From Balanoglossus misakiensis (lineage: Eukaryota > Animalia > Hemichordata), in NCBI GenBank assembly GCA_040954595.2, contig CM082577.2, positions 13,275,903 to 13,339,902 of the forward strand: DNA of 64,000 bases, given 5' to 3'. The notes under the pieces were generated by a model. The model was not told where the DNA came from, made no database searches, and saw nothing but the letters and a program-made list of their open reading frames with translations. The position numbers and the translations under genes were made by a program. Of this stretch, positions 1-13,829 are shown in pieces (the stretch's first letter is position 1; each line of letters starts with the position of its first letter).

Positions 1-240
1 AAACAAACATACTCAATCTGCAATTTACTGCGAAGAGATTTCGCATTCGTGTTGCAAGTAGCACTATTGTTTGCAGGGAACTCTTTAACATAGCCTATGA
101 CAATTCGCCGATCAATCTCATTCTCGAATATACTCCATAGTCTGTCTCCTTTCTGTTTCCTTCCCACTCATCTTCACACATTCATTTTTCAAAGCGAATA
201 TTTTAAATGTTCGATATTTTAAGTTTCTAAGTAAACGCAC

Positions 241-3200
241 CTCTTTTCTGATTGTCGACACCTCAAAGGGATCAGCAAAGTTGTCGCCGGCTGAAACGAC
301 AAAATATTGCATTCAGCGAATAATGACTTTCTCTAAAAGTTATATGCGTACGCCCACATGATGAATGCATGATACTGATACCAACGGTAGTAAGCTCGAA
401 AGTCATTGGTTGAACTCAAAGTATGGGCAAAAATCATCCAACCAAAAGTGGCCTTGGCGCTAGCGTAGGCTTCCGTTCATCTCATGGTATCGGGAGCTTA
501 CCCTGTTGTAACTGTCTTGCGTGATCCACTCGTCTTGCCGGGCCATTGTCCAGAACGATCTTCAAAAATAGAATAATTAATTGCAAATTTAGGACAATAA
601 TACTTATCTATATCGGATTTAATTCCATTTTTGATAAGTCAAAATGACGATATACGACACATGTATTTGGCCAACGTAACAAGTTACTTACGGAGTAGTT
701 GGGTCCCATGGCGCGAATAGCATGGCCAGTTAGCGTGGCAATGGTGTAGATGTGCGGATTGATCTCAGCCAATGCCTGTATTGAAGAAAAAACGAAAACG
801 AGGAGATATAAAATCCAAAGATATTTCGTGCAAATCCTTGCTCTTTTGTCGCACGCAGTCACATAATTTTAATAGAATGGTGTATTTGAAAAGAAAAAGA
901 AAAGTTGATGAGAGCGCTGGTTAGTCTGGTCCCCTGCCCCATTCACGCCGCTGGCTGTGCGCTATAGAAAAGGGAACATAGCTACTCATTGGACTTACCT
1001 GGTCCTTCATTTTACACAATGGATCAGCCATTGCCATGCGTCCCTCGGCGTCCGTGTTGCCGATCCTAATGCGAACTCCAGCACGAGATGTGATGATCTC
1101 ATCGGCCACATAGGAGTCTAACGGACAAGGGAAAGAACAATTTAAGGTTATGTCGTTGCAGGCAGGCGGGGAGAGTTTTGTCGAATTGGAATCAAAACAC
1201 AGGCTGATTATTGGAAAATCTTTCCCGGAAATGTTCCAACGTTTTCACTGGTATTCACGAGGGTGATAATTTAGATGGTATGTTGTACTAATTAACACCT
1301 ACCTGGACCCACACTGTTCCTGACCATTGTCATAACTGCAGAGACTTTGATTTTCTTTGGTTTCAAAATCGAGAGGATTTCGAAGAAGCCAGCTACAGCC
1401 GCTGACCCACATTTATCTCTGGAGAAACAAAAATGAGAAAATGGGCAATGATGTCAACTTTGTGTTGTACAATAACAAATCGCATTGTTCTTTAGTACAT
1501 CGCTTTTTTCTTAAGAGAGCTCAGAATACTTAGTAAGTTGGTCAACGTCAGCCCTCCACGCAAATAGGGATAGCGCCCCCAGCGGTGAATGTCGTAACCG
1601 GGTACTCGAGCACCATTCGCGAAGAACCGTCAATGTACTGTGACAGATCTCTAGGTTCTGTATTGAAATCACGTACGCAATCCTACCTGTGCATTCCTTG
1701 CATTCCACCACTGATTTTAATGTCCGCTCCACCAGTATCGTAAGTCACGCCCTGAAATTACCAACACCAATTTATTCCTTTATTTTCCAACACAAAAACT
1801 ACACACTGGTGCAAGCGATAAAACAAGGACGGAGGACAAATGCGACATATTGCATCATAATTACAGGAATGAATGTCTGTCCTCTGGTTGTTCGAATACC
1901 AGGCAATAATTGTTGTAGATCAGTTATATTGTTATGAAACCGCGCCAACAACTACCGATAGAAATGGCAGCATTGCTGTCTTTGTAGTAACATTTGAATT
2001 TTTAGCAAAATAGTGCAAACTGACTTCAATGGGGACGCGCAACCACCTGTTAACAATTCAATCTTTTCACCCCTACCTTTCCGACAATGAGGAGTGTCTT
2101 GTCCACCTCCCCTTCTCCAACATACTCCAACTCAATGATGCGCCCCTTGTGGCGGTCAATGTGACGGGCGCATCTGTTGACAGCGGCGTGTAGGGGATAA
2201 TCCTTTTCCAAGACTGCCTCGTCAGAAATGACTTTGACCTGTACATGAAAAGGCAGATCTTGCTTACAGAGAAAGGATCTTTGTTTCATGTGTTCTTATT
2301 TGAGTTATTTCATCCACAATTGTCAACTACCGCTTTGTAATTAGTATATTCTTTCTACTGGGCACACGTGAGACAACGGAACACAATCGCAATTCTTACT
2401 TTGACGACGGAATCCTTGAAGAGGCTGGTCACATACTCTTCTACTTTAATGGCTGACATTCTCTCTGGGTCAGAGCCGCCAATGTCTCTGTATACCGATC
2501 TGAGACACGAAGACATCAAATTTATTCGCAACAGGAGATTGGTTCGCCTGCCAGAAGTGCTGATTTTGTCTAATAATATGATCTATTACAGTATCGGTCT
2601 CTAGATGCAGAGCTTCTATAATAATTGCCAATGGTAGTAGCGAGTTTATTTGTCTTACACAAGTTGAAAATCTTCACTATGTGACTGGGCTACAGTACTA
2701 TACAGACCATCCCCACAGTGTATTCTAGAACAGTCACCCCTGGGCATATACCCACCGGATCCCCTATCCCTAATAACCCTAACTTGTGGGTGTGCCTATT
2801 ACTGTCATCGACTCCAAATTTTACCTGCCACTTTCCAGGGCGATGGCCAGCTTAGTCATTCTGTCGCCCTCTTCCGCACTTGTTGACCAAATACCTAACT
2901 TGGTGGCTTTGCTTGCCTTGGCCGGGACATCTTCTCTCACTTCTAGAGGCTTGAACAGATGACATAGAACGCTTCATTGAATAAGTGAAGAAATTGTTCT
3001 CATATTCAATATTACGTCAATTCATTTATGTGACAAGTGAATTCACCCCCCATACCAATGTTTTACTATTGTAATTCCATCATGGGGTATAAATGATTGG
3101 TCGCCACTGTCTTACCACATAGAGTGCGTGCAAAGCACCCAGAACGGAGACCAGCTGCGCTTCTGCATAAGTAGCATTGGGTGGGCAGACCAGCAATGGA

Positions 3201-3848
3201 GACTTACAGCCTGCTGTACGAGCTCTACAGAGATACAACAAAAATATGTAGAACATATCAGATACAGAGACTCAACTTACATGTGTTCTGATTTCTTTGT
3301 GGTTTTAAATATCGAATCCTTTATCCTTATTTCGCTTAGTGTGAGAAAATGGAGAAAGTAGATTGAAATGGTTATGAACGGATCGGGATAGTGTACACCA
3401 TGGACTGACCTCTTTATGCCCTTTTCAGCAGCATCACTAAACCGTCTGATGTCGTCATAGTCTCGATCCAAAGGACCCGTCGGCGAAAAGATCAACCTCT
3501 TTGCCGGCAAGGCAACGTTTGTAACGACCACTTCTTTTCCCACACCATCGTCCGTCTGAAAGACAACAAAACTGTGTATATATCGTTTTTCCTTCCAATT
3601 TTATGATGTAAGGACACTGTGCTCCCTCCCTGGTGTTCTCAAGATATAGTCTGCATACAAGATTACATATTTGTCAAAATGGAGGATGGAATTGGAAAGG
3701 GCGAGATACCTCTGAGAGATTTTCCAACGTTGTTTTCAGAACCTGCAGAGATTCTGGCAACGTGGATACTTTGTCGGTGATCAGTATGATACCATCAAAT
3801 CCATCGGCATCTACCTTGGTAGTGGAAACAATTTCACAAGGCAACTTC
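241..3848 (-). CDS. M17-family (leucyl/cytosol) aminopeptidase-like gene, multi-exon; 3' end lies beyond the left edge and the first coding exon is uncertain
   Basis: Phase-compatible GT-AG exons: 3848-3710, 3555-3410, 3224-3116, 2949-2825, 2499-2400, 2238-2077, 1751-1687, 1418-1303, 1117-999, 775-692, 559-502, 290-241. The spliced protein has M17 metal/catalytic motifs (LLIVGK-GVTYDTGGADIK, GMHRDKCG, IGNTDAEGR, IATLTG) and RDIGGSDPERM. Confidence 0.93.
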
Positions 3849-4730
3849 CTACAGAGAATATACAATGATGATACGCAAGATATGGAAAGCATTCGTTTCC
3901 GTTATGGAGAATACACTTCTGAACTTTGGCTGTTGGGCATGAGTTCTTTTAGTCACGGAGCTGTGCGCACGCATCATCCAGCCGAGTGTCCGTGCTGTGT
4001 GAGAATTGATTTTTCGCGAGCTTCTGAGAAAACATTGATTCCGTCGAATATTCAAGAGATTCCTCACGTGGCAATTCATGCTTCTTCCATGATTGTCGTC
4101 TAGAAAAATGCAACTGGGCCTAAAATTAAGAGAGACTGCAAAACATGGCTATAATTTTACCCAGTTCGCATATCGAAAGTGAAACTATTATTTTATAGGC
4201 CTATATCTTTGCATCACATTCTTGTGAAGTTGCATCAGAAGCCCCTAAGTTCGGCCACTAGGAGTAAAAGTGAAAATTCCACAGTTAAATTTTGACACTA
4301 TTTCACAGGAAAGCTCCGATATGTTACATATCGTCAGCAGACATTGGTGACTTTCTTTTACATCGGCAGTGCTCAGAAAATAGACTGTTGTCCGATTGCG
4401 GGATCTTTCTCTTTCCTTGCAACTTAGAAAAAAAATCCCCACATTCTCAGGCCTGTAAGCTAGATCGAAACACTGCACAGAGAAAAACAAATGCTCGGAT
4501 AAACGAAAATTCAGCGCGGAACTTCTTCAGTTCAAGATGTGGAGGTGAAGCAATGGGTTGTCAGACAGACAAAAGACGGAGAAGCCTAACATTTATCGGA
4601 ATGATCCGAGACGAGAAATTGACTTTCGGGTGGCCGAGTTGATCTGTTTCCTTTTTTTCACAGTCCCTCTATCCACAGGGAGTGTGCTTCAATTTATAAA
4701 GTTATGGAACTTGGGCATGTACATGTAATA

Positions 4731-5020
4731 CTTACATTGTCTCCCGTTGATATTACAACGCCCCTGTAACGGCTTCGGCAGGTACTGTACAGGTTAGAAC
4801 AGAATGGTATTACGGGGTAAACGCTGGCACCCGATGCGGATAACTTGACAGTCAAGCTATACCGCTCAGTTCACTTCGTTGTGCGCCACATATATACAGT
4901 CGATGACGTCATAGTTTTTCCTTTTTCAGCCAATGGTATCCATCTCCAACCAGCTTTATACAACAATGGACTCTCGAGCTCGAGAAGAAATTAATTGGTA
5001 TATATGACACAACCAATCCA
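4731..5020 (-). promoter_or_regulatory. Possible promoter/first-exon region of the aminopeptidase gene
   Basis: Minus-strand GTAAGT donor near 4731-4735, a perfect CRE (TGACGTCA, 4904-4911) and CCAAT motifs near 4930 and 5013. Based on motifs only. Confidence 0.3.
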
Positions 5021-5734
5021 CGTATTCACAAAGCACAGTAACACTCGACATTCACCAGAATCAACAGCGTGTCCATCATATGAAAAATTCGTTTCATTCT
5101 CAATTTGTGTCATCGGCATGTGATGTTATCAGTTACCATGGTTACAATGCGACAATGCTGAAACAGTGATTTCTTTGTACGAAATCCTGTCTTGTCTGTT
5201 TACAACAAACAGCTAGGCCTTTCACTTTCATTCAGACATCTGTTTAAGTTGAAAAAAAAGAAAAATAGCAAAGACTTATTACAGAACGTGTTAGAGAATT
5301 TCTACTTGAAACACAATAACAGCCTTTGTGTCAAACCGAAAGAAATTGATTACATGAGTGTTGTCCTGGATTTGTTGACCGAACAGGGCTCTGTACACTC
5401 ACGTAGACATACAATTGTGCTAGTCGACCCCGGCCCCATCCCAGTCTGGCTCCCTGCCCCATTTCCCTCTAACGATCATCCACACACCGTGAGCACCAGG
5501 ACATCGCACTCTCGTGGCCCTCTTGTGAACTTTCATTTCAGTTGTGGAGAAAAATGCATACGTGCAGAAAATTGACAATCTGTGCCAGTCAGTGCCCTGA
5601 TCGACGGTCCTCCACTCCATGTTTAAATATCGCATTACTGTGCTGAAAAGGCAGAAGAATAGATAATTAACCAGGTGTCATTACCGATGCGAAAATAAAT
5701 CCCTCAGATCACGAATTATACTCTAGGGTCTACA

Positions 5735-5770
5735 CAGCCCGGAGACCAGGCGTCGATGGTCTCCGGGCTA
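5735..5770. mobile_element. 36-bp palindromic mini-transposon with a 9-bp target-site duplication (TSD)
   Basis: cAGCCCGGAGACCA-ggcgtcga-TGGTCTCCGGGCTa, flanked by the direct repeat GGGTCTACA (5726-5734 and 5771-5779). Confidence 0.75.
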
Positions 5771-8700
5771 GGGTCTACAGTGCAATGCACCACAATTCCT
5801 TAATATATGTATATTGTACTTTAAATATGTTATATTATAGAAAACATCATCGTTGAATTCATCTCGTTTATGATATCAACCGATGATGGCGCTCAACTTT
5901 ATTCGTATCGAATGACATTCGCGTGTCCACCATTGTGCTGAACTTACCAGCTTTTTCCGTTCATGTATTTGACCGAGATAGCGACAAATTTTAGAATCGC
6001 AAACACCGTAATGTGACCATTTGATCAGCAACAGCCTTTAGGCCTAGGTTATCGAACTTTATGATTTATTTCGACATACATCATCAAGTCATGAATGATG
6101 TTTGATTCGCACGTCGCCAAGCAAAAGCTGCGGGCGCTGGCGTCTAACACTGGCAAAAAGCCAATAGGCCTACATTCATTGTGCATGAACCATTTCAAAT
6201 CTTGACTGATTTCGTGTTCTACTACTCTTTCGTTTTATATTGAAGTAAGGCCTATGGGCAGACTCTTGGAAAACGTCCAATTGGCCGCTGACAGGACCAA
6301 CACTCTGTTAATGCTCGCTCATTAGCCCCGATATCTGTTCGACATTTCCAGACGACAAATGCTCATTGGCTCTGTCACTAAGATTTGCCGTTCAGGCGAG
6401 ACTAGGGCATAACTGAATTGGAATCTGTTGCGTGATCCGATCTAGCCTTTCCACATAAAAGAATGTTCATGTTGAAATTGGCCAAATCTGACACTTGGCC
6501 AATGTGAGAATCTGTCGACCATAAGGGCCCTAATATTTCGAAACCAGCATAAAGAAATGGACAATGCATGCAAAATGATACTAGGCTCTTTTAAAATAGT
6601 GAAAGCGAAAGTTATTGGTGCATTTTATAAAGACAGAAGGAAGAATAATATGGAGGGTTCTTGGAATGTTGTTTGATATTTGTTATAGCGCCCTCACACA
6701 ACTTCGGTACGTTTGAGAAGAACGTTCAAAACTGATCATGGCGACGTTTTCACGGCGGCAAGTTCGAACGCCCGGAAGCGTGAGAAGGCCTCGGTTCTAC
6801 GGTAGTCTGCGGAGAAAGAGTAGTAAACGGAGAAGAGCAGTCGATGAAGTGTTCGCCGATCTGAAAGACTACAATGTAAGTCGTTGACCATATAGCATCA
6901 ATGAGTATAGCCACATCAATTACACTGAACTGCCATCGCCGAGATAAGAAATACCGTTGGTGTACGCTTTCATGACAACAATAACATTCTGCAAAGACCA
7001 TTGATGCGAGGCGGACCGTTGCATTAACGGCACCAGTTTGATTTTAAAATAGAGCGTTTAACAGAAAATGTTTCTAGACTACAGCTGGAAAACTCAGTTC
7101 CGGATTGTGGATACAAATAAAGGGGGCGTGGTCAAGGGCAAGTGTGCATGCGCGTGCACCAGTGGAAGTTTTCAGCCAATTCATCCCTGTTGCTTGACCT
7201 TCGAAAATTTTAGTTTGTTGCTCTCGTCTCGGCCATGCATGTGAATTCACGTGTAGGAAAGGGTCTTTGCTTCCACCGTGAAGTGGTCTAAACAATGGCA
7301 GGTCGAGTATGTTAAATATTGATTTCCGAAATGGCACATTACTAAGTAAACAGGGGGTGTTACTCCCAGAGTGACATTCATGGTGTAAACAGTGTAAAGC
7401 ACCTTTGCAGAGGCAGGGTGTGTATCCCTTTACTTTTGATGACTGTAACAGAAGCGTGCATGGCCATGCACAATGAATGTCAAATTCTACATTTTCTTTC
7501 TACACATTCAAGTTCTTCAAAGGGATTAACTCTCTACCCTAGTCTTAAAAAGGCAGCAAACTCCAAACACAACCCCATTCTCAGGTCTCCTATTGTTCTG
7601 CGCCTGAAAAGAGCTGCTGCTGATGATGTGACAACCACCTTTGTGTTGAGGACATTTTACTTTTACTACTGCAGTCTGAGCACAGCACTGACAGGCATCC
7701 AGTTTCTTCTTAGACATCGCGCCAAGGAAGATTGACCCAGAAAGCCGATTATATTTAATACAGATTTTTCTCTTTACCATATCAAGGGAAGAGAGGGTTG
7801 CAGGACCAGCAATATGGATTTCACAGGAGACATGTTTGAAGACCTGGATGTATTCTATATCCGACAATTAGCATCAAGCCTCCAGGTAGAGTAGGAAAAT
7901 TGGTTTATTGTGTCATGATGTACTGAATTGTTTGGGAAGCCATACTCTGTATGAACTTTGGGAAGCTGTACACTGCATTGTTCAACCGAGACCACCGATT
8001 TGTCAATATCATGGAAAACGTTTAAATGACATTTTCCCTTAAAGTGTCACAGAATCAGGATTTCTGGTAAATTAATTTCCTGTGATTGCTGGTCGACTCA
8101 ATTGTTACAAGTATCAGCAAAGTTAATGAACTCTTTTGTTGTAACCAGTAATGATCCAACTCCAGTATGTTACTGTTCTTTTGTTGAGTAAAAGTAGCTT
8201 TAGTCGGATTGGTATGTAATTATACAAATGAACAGAGTAAAATCCATGGAAGGGCTCCACTGGATATAGTTGATGAAATTCCACTGTAATTCTCTATTTT
8301 GACAAATATTTAAGCTATACAAAATTCTGCATTTTGATCCAGGCCGCATTGAGAAACAGCAAACATAATCTCTGTTTCCCCATGCAGATGTTTTATCAAA
8401 GTGACAGTCATAATAATATTCAACCCTTTCCTCAACATATGGAATAACCCAATTATGAGAAATACACTTGCAAGTGTAATTGCCACATTTGCTTACAAAA
8501 GATTATTATGTGTTAATGCTTTCAAAGGGTATTTTCTGTGAATACTTTGATTGGTTTTGTGTTTGTTTTCCCAGCATGCATGCATTTGCATAATTGGCAT
8601 ATTGGATAATAATAGAAAATGTCATAATTGCATGCACCAATAAAGAATATGAATTATTTGTTAGCAATCAGCCATGCAGGAATAAATGCTGGCCTAGAAT

Positions 8701-10511
8701 CCAAGAACTAATAAAAAATGTGTCTCTTTGGAGACGTGAAAATATGAAAATGTAATGACCAGTATGAATCGTGTCAGGCATGATCAAAACATGAATGAGA
8801 TATGACAGAAAATACGGATGACTTATCACCATAATGAGTTTCTTTGTAAAGCACTTAAGGGCCTTTTTATTATGCGGAACATGTGTGGTGGCTGCAACGC
8901 CGCAAAAGCAGTTAATAATGCGAAGGATGGCTTCTGCAGACACAAATTAGATCACAGCAGCCGATGAGATGGGTTCCCACGCACACAACTGGATTGTACT
9001 GCGTGTATGCTAAGCAGGGGTGTGTAGTTCAGGGGAGTTCATGCAGTGAATGTGTACCTACATGTAGGCATGGTTAGACTCCATCGTGATATATGGCATT
9101 TTGCGGCTAAACGGAGCATCACCTATTGTAAATAGATATGTCAATATACATGTACATGAATAGACTATGATAATTTACACAGAAATCCTACCTCGTCTAT
9201 GCATCTGCTGTTGGTTTTGCGCCTTTGTGTATATCAAGTAAACAATCGCCACTTTCTGTCACTTGTGATTTTCAATTCATCTGCAGAATGCCTTCTGCAA
9301 AACACCCACACCTATGGTCAATCCTAATAAGCAGCAATTAGTCTCACATTGTTAACCCTTCTCCTCTCTGTACATTAGCAGATCTCACACATCATTTACC
9401 CTGTTTTGGTAACAGCTTAACAATAAAAGCGTTCTTCTTTTAGAGGGTTGTAATTGCCTTTACTGCGAAACATGCAACGCGCAGGAGGAGGACCTTTGCT
9501 GTCAACTTGCGTCATTATGTTGTAGTGGAGAATAGATGCAACGAAACATCACTCTGGAGCTATTGGTTAGTTGAACACACTGGTGGTCATAATACCTACC
9601 CAACAATAAAAGTTAATTATGCCTTTCATAATGTTCGAATTGTGTTTTAATGAACTGCAACAAAACGTGATTATTATCCCTACTCTGATATAGACCTTAC
9701 ATGTGTAACGGTTTCCGAAGCCTAACTCCGAGACATTTCAGACTTACAACTATCAATGTATGCAGTCGAAGCCACCAAGTCTGTATCACTTTAGATATTT
9801 ATATGCTGGTGTGAAATGAAAAAAAAAAAAAAAAAAAACATCTTACAGACGTGCTCTTCGAAGTTTGACTACATCACTCGTTTTTAAATTTTGACGATGG
9901 CGGAAACTTTCAAATACATGTATAAGCATAAGTGCCCGAGAAACAAATCTATAAATGAATACCAAAATGAACACGATACAATTCACTTCCATTTGCATTT
10001 GACACTTTCTTGTAGGTGAACAATGGCCCTGAGGAATGTTGCAAGGAAAAGATGAAAGCACGGGAGTTTCTAATTTTGTGGAAAGATTACATACATACAT
10101 TCGTTAAATAGGAGAAATTTTATAAGGAGGGCATTGGACCTCGTTTGATCTTTCCTCTTGTGGTACTGTAATTGAAATGTATAGTATTTCAACAATTTTA
10201 ACGCTAATGTAATGATGGTTAAGTTTACCTATTATCATCGGACTGATGACAGTATAACCCCGTCGTATGTACATGTAATGCTGTATGCAAATTTGTATAT
10301 GTATATTTGAGTTGATGCGAAATAAAATTGCAAGGTGATATACAATATAGAAATAAACTGAACACCGATGGAACTGTAACTATTGCGTTGTATCAAAATT
10401 AAGATGTTGAGCACACCCCCGGGGAAAATCAGTTCGTTTCGGAGCTTTCATTCAGAACCTGGCGGAGATATAGGAGTATCACAGACTATACGGAGTTCGT
10501 ACCCATCATCA

Positions 10512-10825
10512 GGCCAAAATAAAAAATATGTGCTGTTTCGATTACCCGACCTACCCTAGTTTTAACCCGCCGACCCTAAGCTTTTTAGAGCTTCGTAAAC
10601 CCGGAAGTAAAAATAATGATGTGAAATATACGAAATAGATGAAAATCGCGTGAATCACGCGAGAACTTTGACGAAATCGCGCGCACCACGCAAAAACTAT
10701 GATGTCGTATTCTACACTATGGCGGCCAGAGAAAAAAAAATCGCAAAATAAAAAAAAATTACCTACCTACCTACCCTAATTTTGGAAACCATGTAATCGG
10801 AACAGCACATATTATTTTTTTGGCC
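10512..10825. mobile_element. MITE (PIF/Harbinger-like), GGCC-terminated family
   Basis: Terminal inverted repeats (TIRs) of about 35 bp, GGCCAAAATAAAAAATATGTGCTGTTTCGATTAC / GTAATCGGAACAGCACATATTATTTTTTTGGCC. TCA on both flanks, internal (CCTA)n, and three related copies in the window. Confidence 0.8.
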
Positions 10826-11869
10826 TCACGAAGTAACCGTCGCATTTCAGATGCTGTAAACTGGACAACGGTGGCAATGAAGTGAAACTCCAGTGTATGC
10901 CACATGTCCACACATCGAAAGAACCGGTTTTTGAATTGTTTTTTTAGTTGAATTGTATACCCGCCTGCGGCGGAGGTTATTGCTCAAATATATTCCGAGA
11001 TCAGCCTTGTCGGGAAACTTTCAGGAAGCGACGGAGCTAGAGAGAGATATAGGCACGTCATTATAACATCTTTTATCTGGTCATTGTCTTCTTCCTTCTA
11101 CCCTGTGCCGTCTTCGCTTTGTCTCTCGCTGGCTGGCAGTACCAGTCTGCGTTACGATTCTGGTTGTCGTCATAGCAATCGTTGTTATCAATGTCTTACG
11201 ACGTAAAGCCCATCAGCGTCTGCCAAATTGTCTTCAGAACTGGAACGTTCTTCCTATGTGCATGGATGCGCGCACTCACTCAAACCGTCTGATGAACTCC
11301 TCAAGAAACCATGCGGTCTATGTAGATGCTGCAGTTGTTGAATTACCCGGTGTGAATAACTCTGAACAAGACATTATTCCTCGAAGACCGAAAAGTAGCC
11401 ATCGAAACTTCTGAGTACTTTCCGGCATTAACCAGAATTTGTTCATAGCCGAAAGGCTTGCTAGAAGTTATGTTGCGCATGCGCATTGATACTTGGTCGT
11501 ATTTATAATTAAAACAGAAGAATTACGTGCACTGGGGGATAATCATTCATGGAATGGCGTACGTGTCTGATCTGAGCGGTCATTGGTTTCGTTTGCTTTC
11601 CTTTATTTTCATTAGCTATTTTGAGCAGACGTCATCCTTAATATCCGCGTTGTTTCAATACGTACAATGTAATTTGTAAAGTGGATTGGAGGCCATCAAT
11701 CATGACATGGTCGCTTGATTATATTCCATGTATTAATTGTTTTACAAGAATTTGGTCGACCGTTTAATGTACATGTTTATCATTGCTTTCCCCTGTGCAA
11801 GTTAGGGGATAATATACATTTTGGGAAAATCTTATATATAGTCTTATAGCTTCCCAATTTGAAAGTAAA

Positions 11870-12243
11870 TATAGCTTCCCAAAGTAAAACTCACTTCACC
11901 TCAAAATAGCTTATACTATTCCGTTGCCAAGCATTGGAATGAAATTCCTACACAAATAAAATCAATTCACCCAAGGAATTTATTTAACAGCTCTCTGAAA
12001 AGGTATCTGTTGAGCATAGATTGATATAACCTCTGTTAAAACCTGTTTACTTTGTCACTGCGTTGTTGACTACCAACTATTGCTTTGTGATATGAATTGG
12101 CAATTGCATTATTTGCTTCAATGAGTTGTATGTATTTAAGGGGTGGGGCCTGACTTGTTCCACTAGAACTACTTTGCTGGTCCGCACCAGTTATGTCAAA
12201 TGCATCTTTCTGGTGAAATAAACAATCTATCTATCTATTTATC
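11870..12243 (+). mobile_element. 3' fragment of a CR1/L2-group LINE
   Basis: Translates as KVKLTSPQNSLYYSVAKHWNEIPTQIKSIHPRNLFNSSLKRYLL, resembling the ORF2 C-terminus of the LINE at 26-29 kb (WNNIP). Followed by a 3' UTR, AATAAA and a short (ATCT)n tail. Confidence 0.65.
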
Positions 12244-12518
12244 TTCAAAATGTGTTGTACGAGCTCAGCTAAAAACAATATATAATTTACGGTTCTGAAG
12301 TTATTGACGACAATTATACATAGCTCACAATTCGTTAAAAAGAGTTATGGTCAGTTTGTGTGAAGGAAACCTTGATAAGAAAATATCTTGTACGGCTTCA
12401 AGTATTATATACGAAGCTGTATACAAAGTTACTTGCATGTCAGTTTAAGTTCGAAAAAGATGTGTTCTTGCAATGCATGGTTGAACTGTCAACACACCGA
12501 TCCCTGGCCCGTGTGGCG

Positions 12519-12972
12519 TTATGTCGGCTCGAGCTGGGAAACTCCACATTTGGTGGATCTCTTGAGTAACAGCCAAGCAGTGCTTCGAAATTTCTTGTTC
12601 ATGACTGTGTAGATCAGCACGTTCCAGAAACTGTTGGAGACCACCAACCATGTCGTTATGAAGTGGACGTACTGTAATGTAGCGATGATAGTCTAGCGGC
12701 CAGTTGATGGAGATGTAACGCTCAATACTGACAAAAAGCATAGAAACGATAGAAATCGAGGTGAAAGTTTGCGAGTGGACGCCGATGAGGAAGCAGACGA
12801 CCTCTCCATACGGCCAAACACCAGGATCCGCCACAGCTAAAGATGACATAAAATACTGCGGTACAGCGGGGATGTCCTTGCATTTCCTGATGACAAGTAG
12901 AGCCAAGATGTTTCCACAGATTATCACCAAAGTCAAGAGAATGACAAAAGTAGGTTGTACGCTGTTCAACAT
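12519..12972 (-). pseudogene. Rhodopsin-class GPCR pseudogene with internal deletions and a frameshift
   Basis: TM1 (GNILALLVI), truncated TM2 (SLAVAD), WPYGEVVC and TM3 (SIERYISINWPLDY). In another frame, TM7/helix 8 (WLVVSNSFWNVLIYTVMNKKFR) ends at TAA 12521-12519. TM4-TM6 are absent. Confidence 0.85.
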
Positions 12973-13829
12973 ATTGACCGTGTTTCATCTCTCGTACGCC
13001 ATCATAGACAACCAGTGCAGCGTGAAGGCTGTTAGAATTTCCGTACGAAGACTGATCTGTCCACGTGTTACGGCTCAGTCCAGATGGTACTCTAACTTTG
13101 CAGTAGCAAAGAGGTGTGCAGGATCTACCAAAGTAGAGAGGCTAAGAGACTCGTTGAGACTCGAAGTAGTGGGAGTCAGAAGGCTTTATTTCTGGTGCAA
13201 AGGCTTTACAACACACGGTTGTCTGCAAGATGGTTGTTCTACTCAAAGCAAAGAATTACAGAGTTTATATGTCTTTGAGAAAAAAAGAGAAATCAAAGAT
13301 TCATCATAGCGTGATCCTCATTGTCCAATTACAACTTTACAACACATCGGCATATTCTTGATCGTCCAATTACAAAATTATTACACACTGAAATATCCTT
13401 CTGATTGGCTGTCGGTTCTCAAAGAAGAAATTATCTCTGTCAAGATCACGCCCAACTGAAGGTGATCAAATACAATGACTAGCAACCATCATATACAAAC
13501 ACCTCCTCCCTCGTATTTCAATAAAGTAAAGGTACATTATGCAAAAGATGTAATTAAACTCATTCGTTGATTGAAATTCCCAGGTCTCAATATTTGTAAG
13601 ATACTCGATATTTGTAAGGTAATTAAATGATGGGACTTTAAACTAATGTCTTACCTAAAGGTATTTGACCTCTATACACAGAATTACTGATCTAACTGGA
13701 AATTACTCATAGAAATTACAATTCTTTAATGTCAATCGAATTCTTCAATTTTCCCATTTTTATATATCGTAACTACTGTCGGTGACCTTCTTTGTCCTGG
13801 TCAGTTTAATCGAACATCTTCTTTGCTAA

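Noticed and set aside
4068-4099. Candidate small first coding exon of the aminopeptidase (ATGAATTGCCAC|gtgagg)
   Set aside because: Its phase does not fit the main acceptor at 3848 unless an alternative AG 4 nt inside is used; cannot be settled without cDNA.
7400-9200. Possible decayed transposase (e.g. ...RDIWHFAAK near 9090)
   Set aside because: Only one short motif among stop codons and no termini found; a translated search is needed.
12761-13309. 182-aa plus-strand ORF
   Set aside because: Partly antisense to the GPCR pseudogene and has no recognisable motifs.
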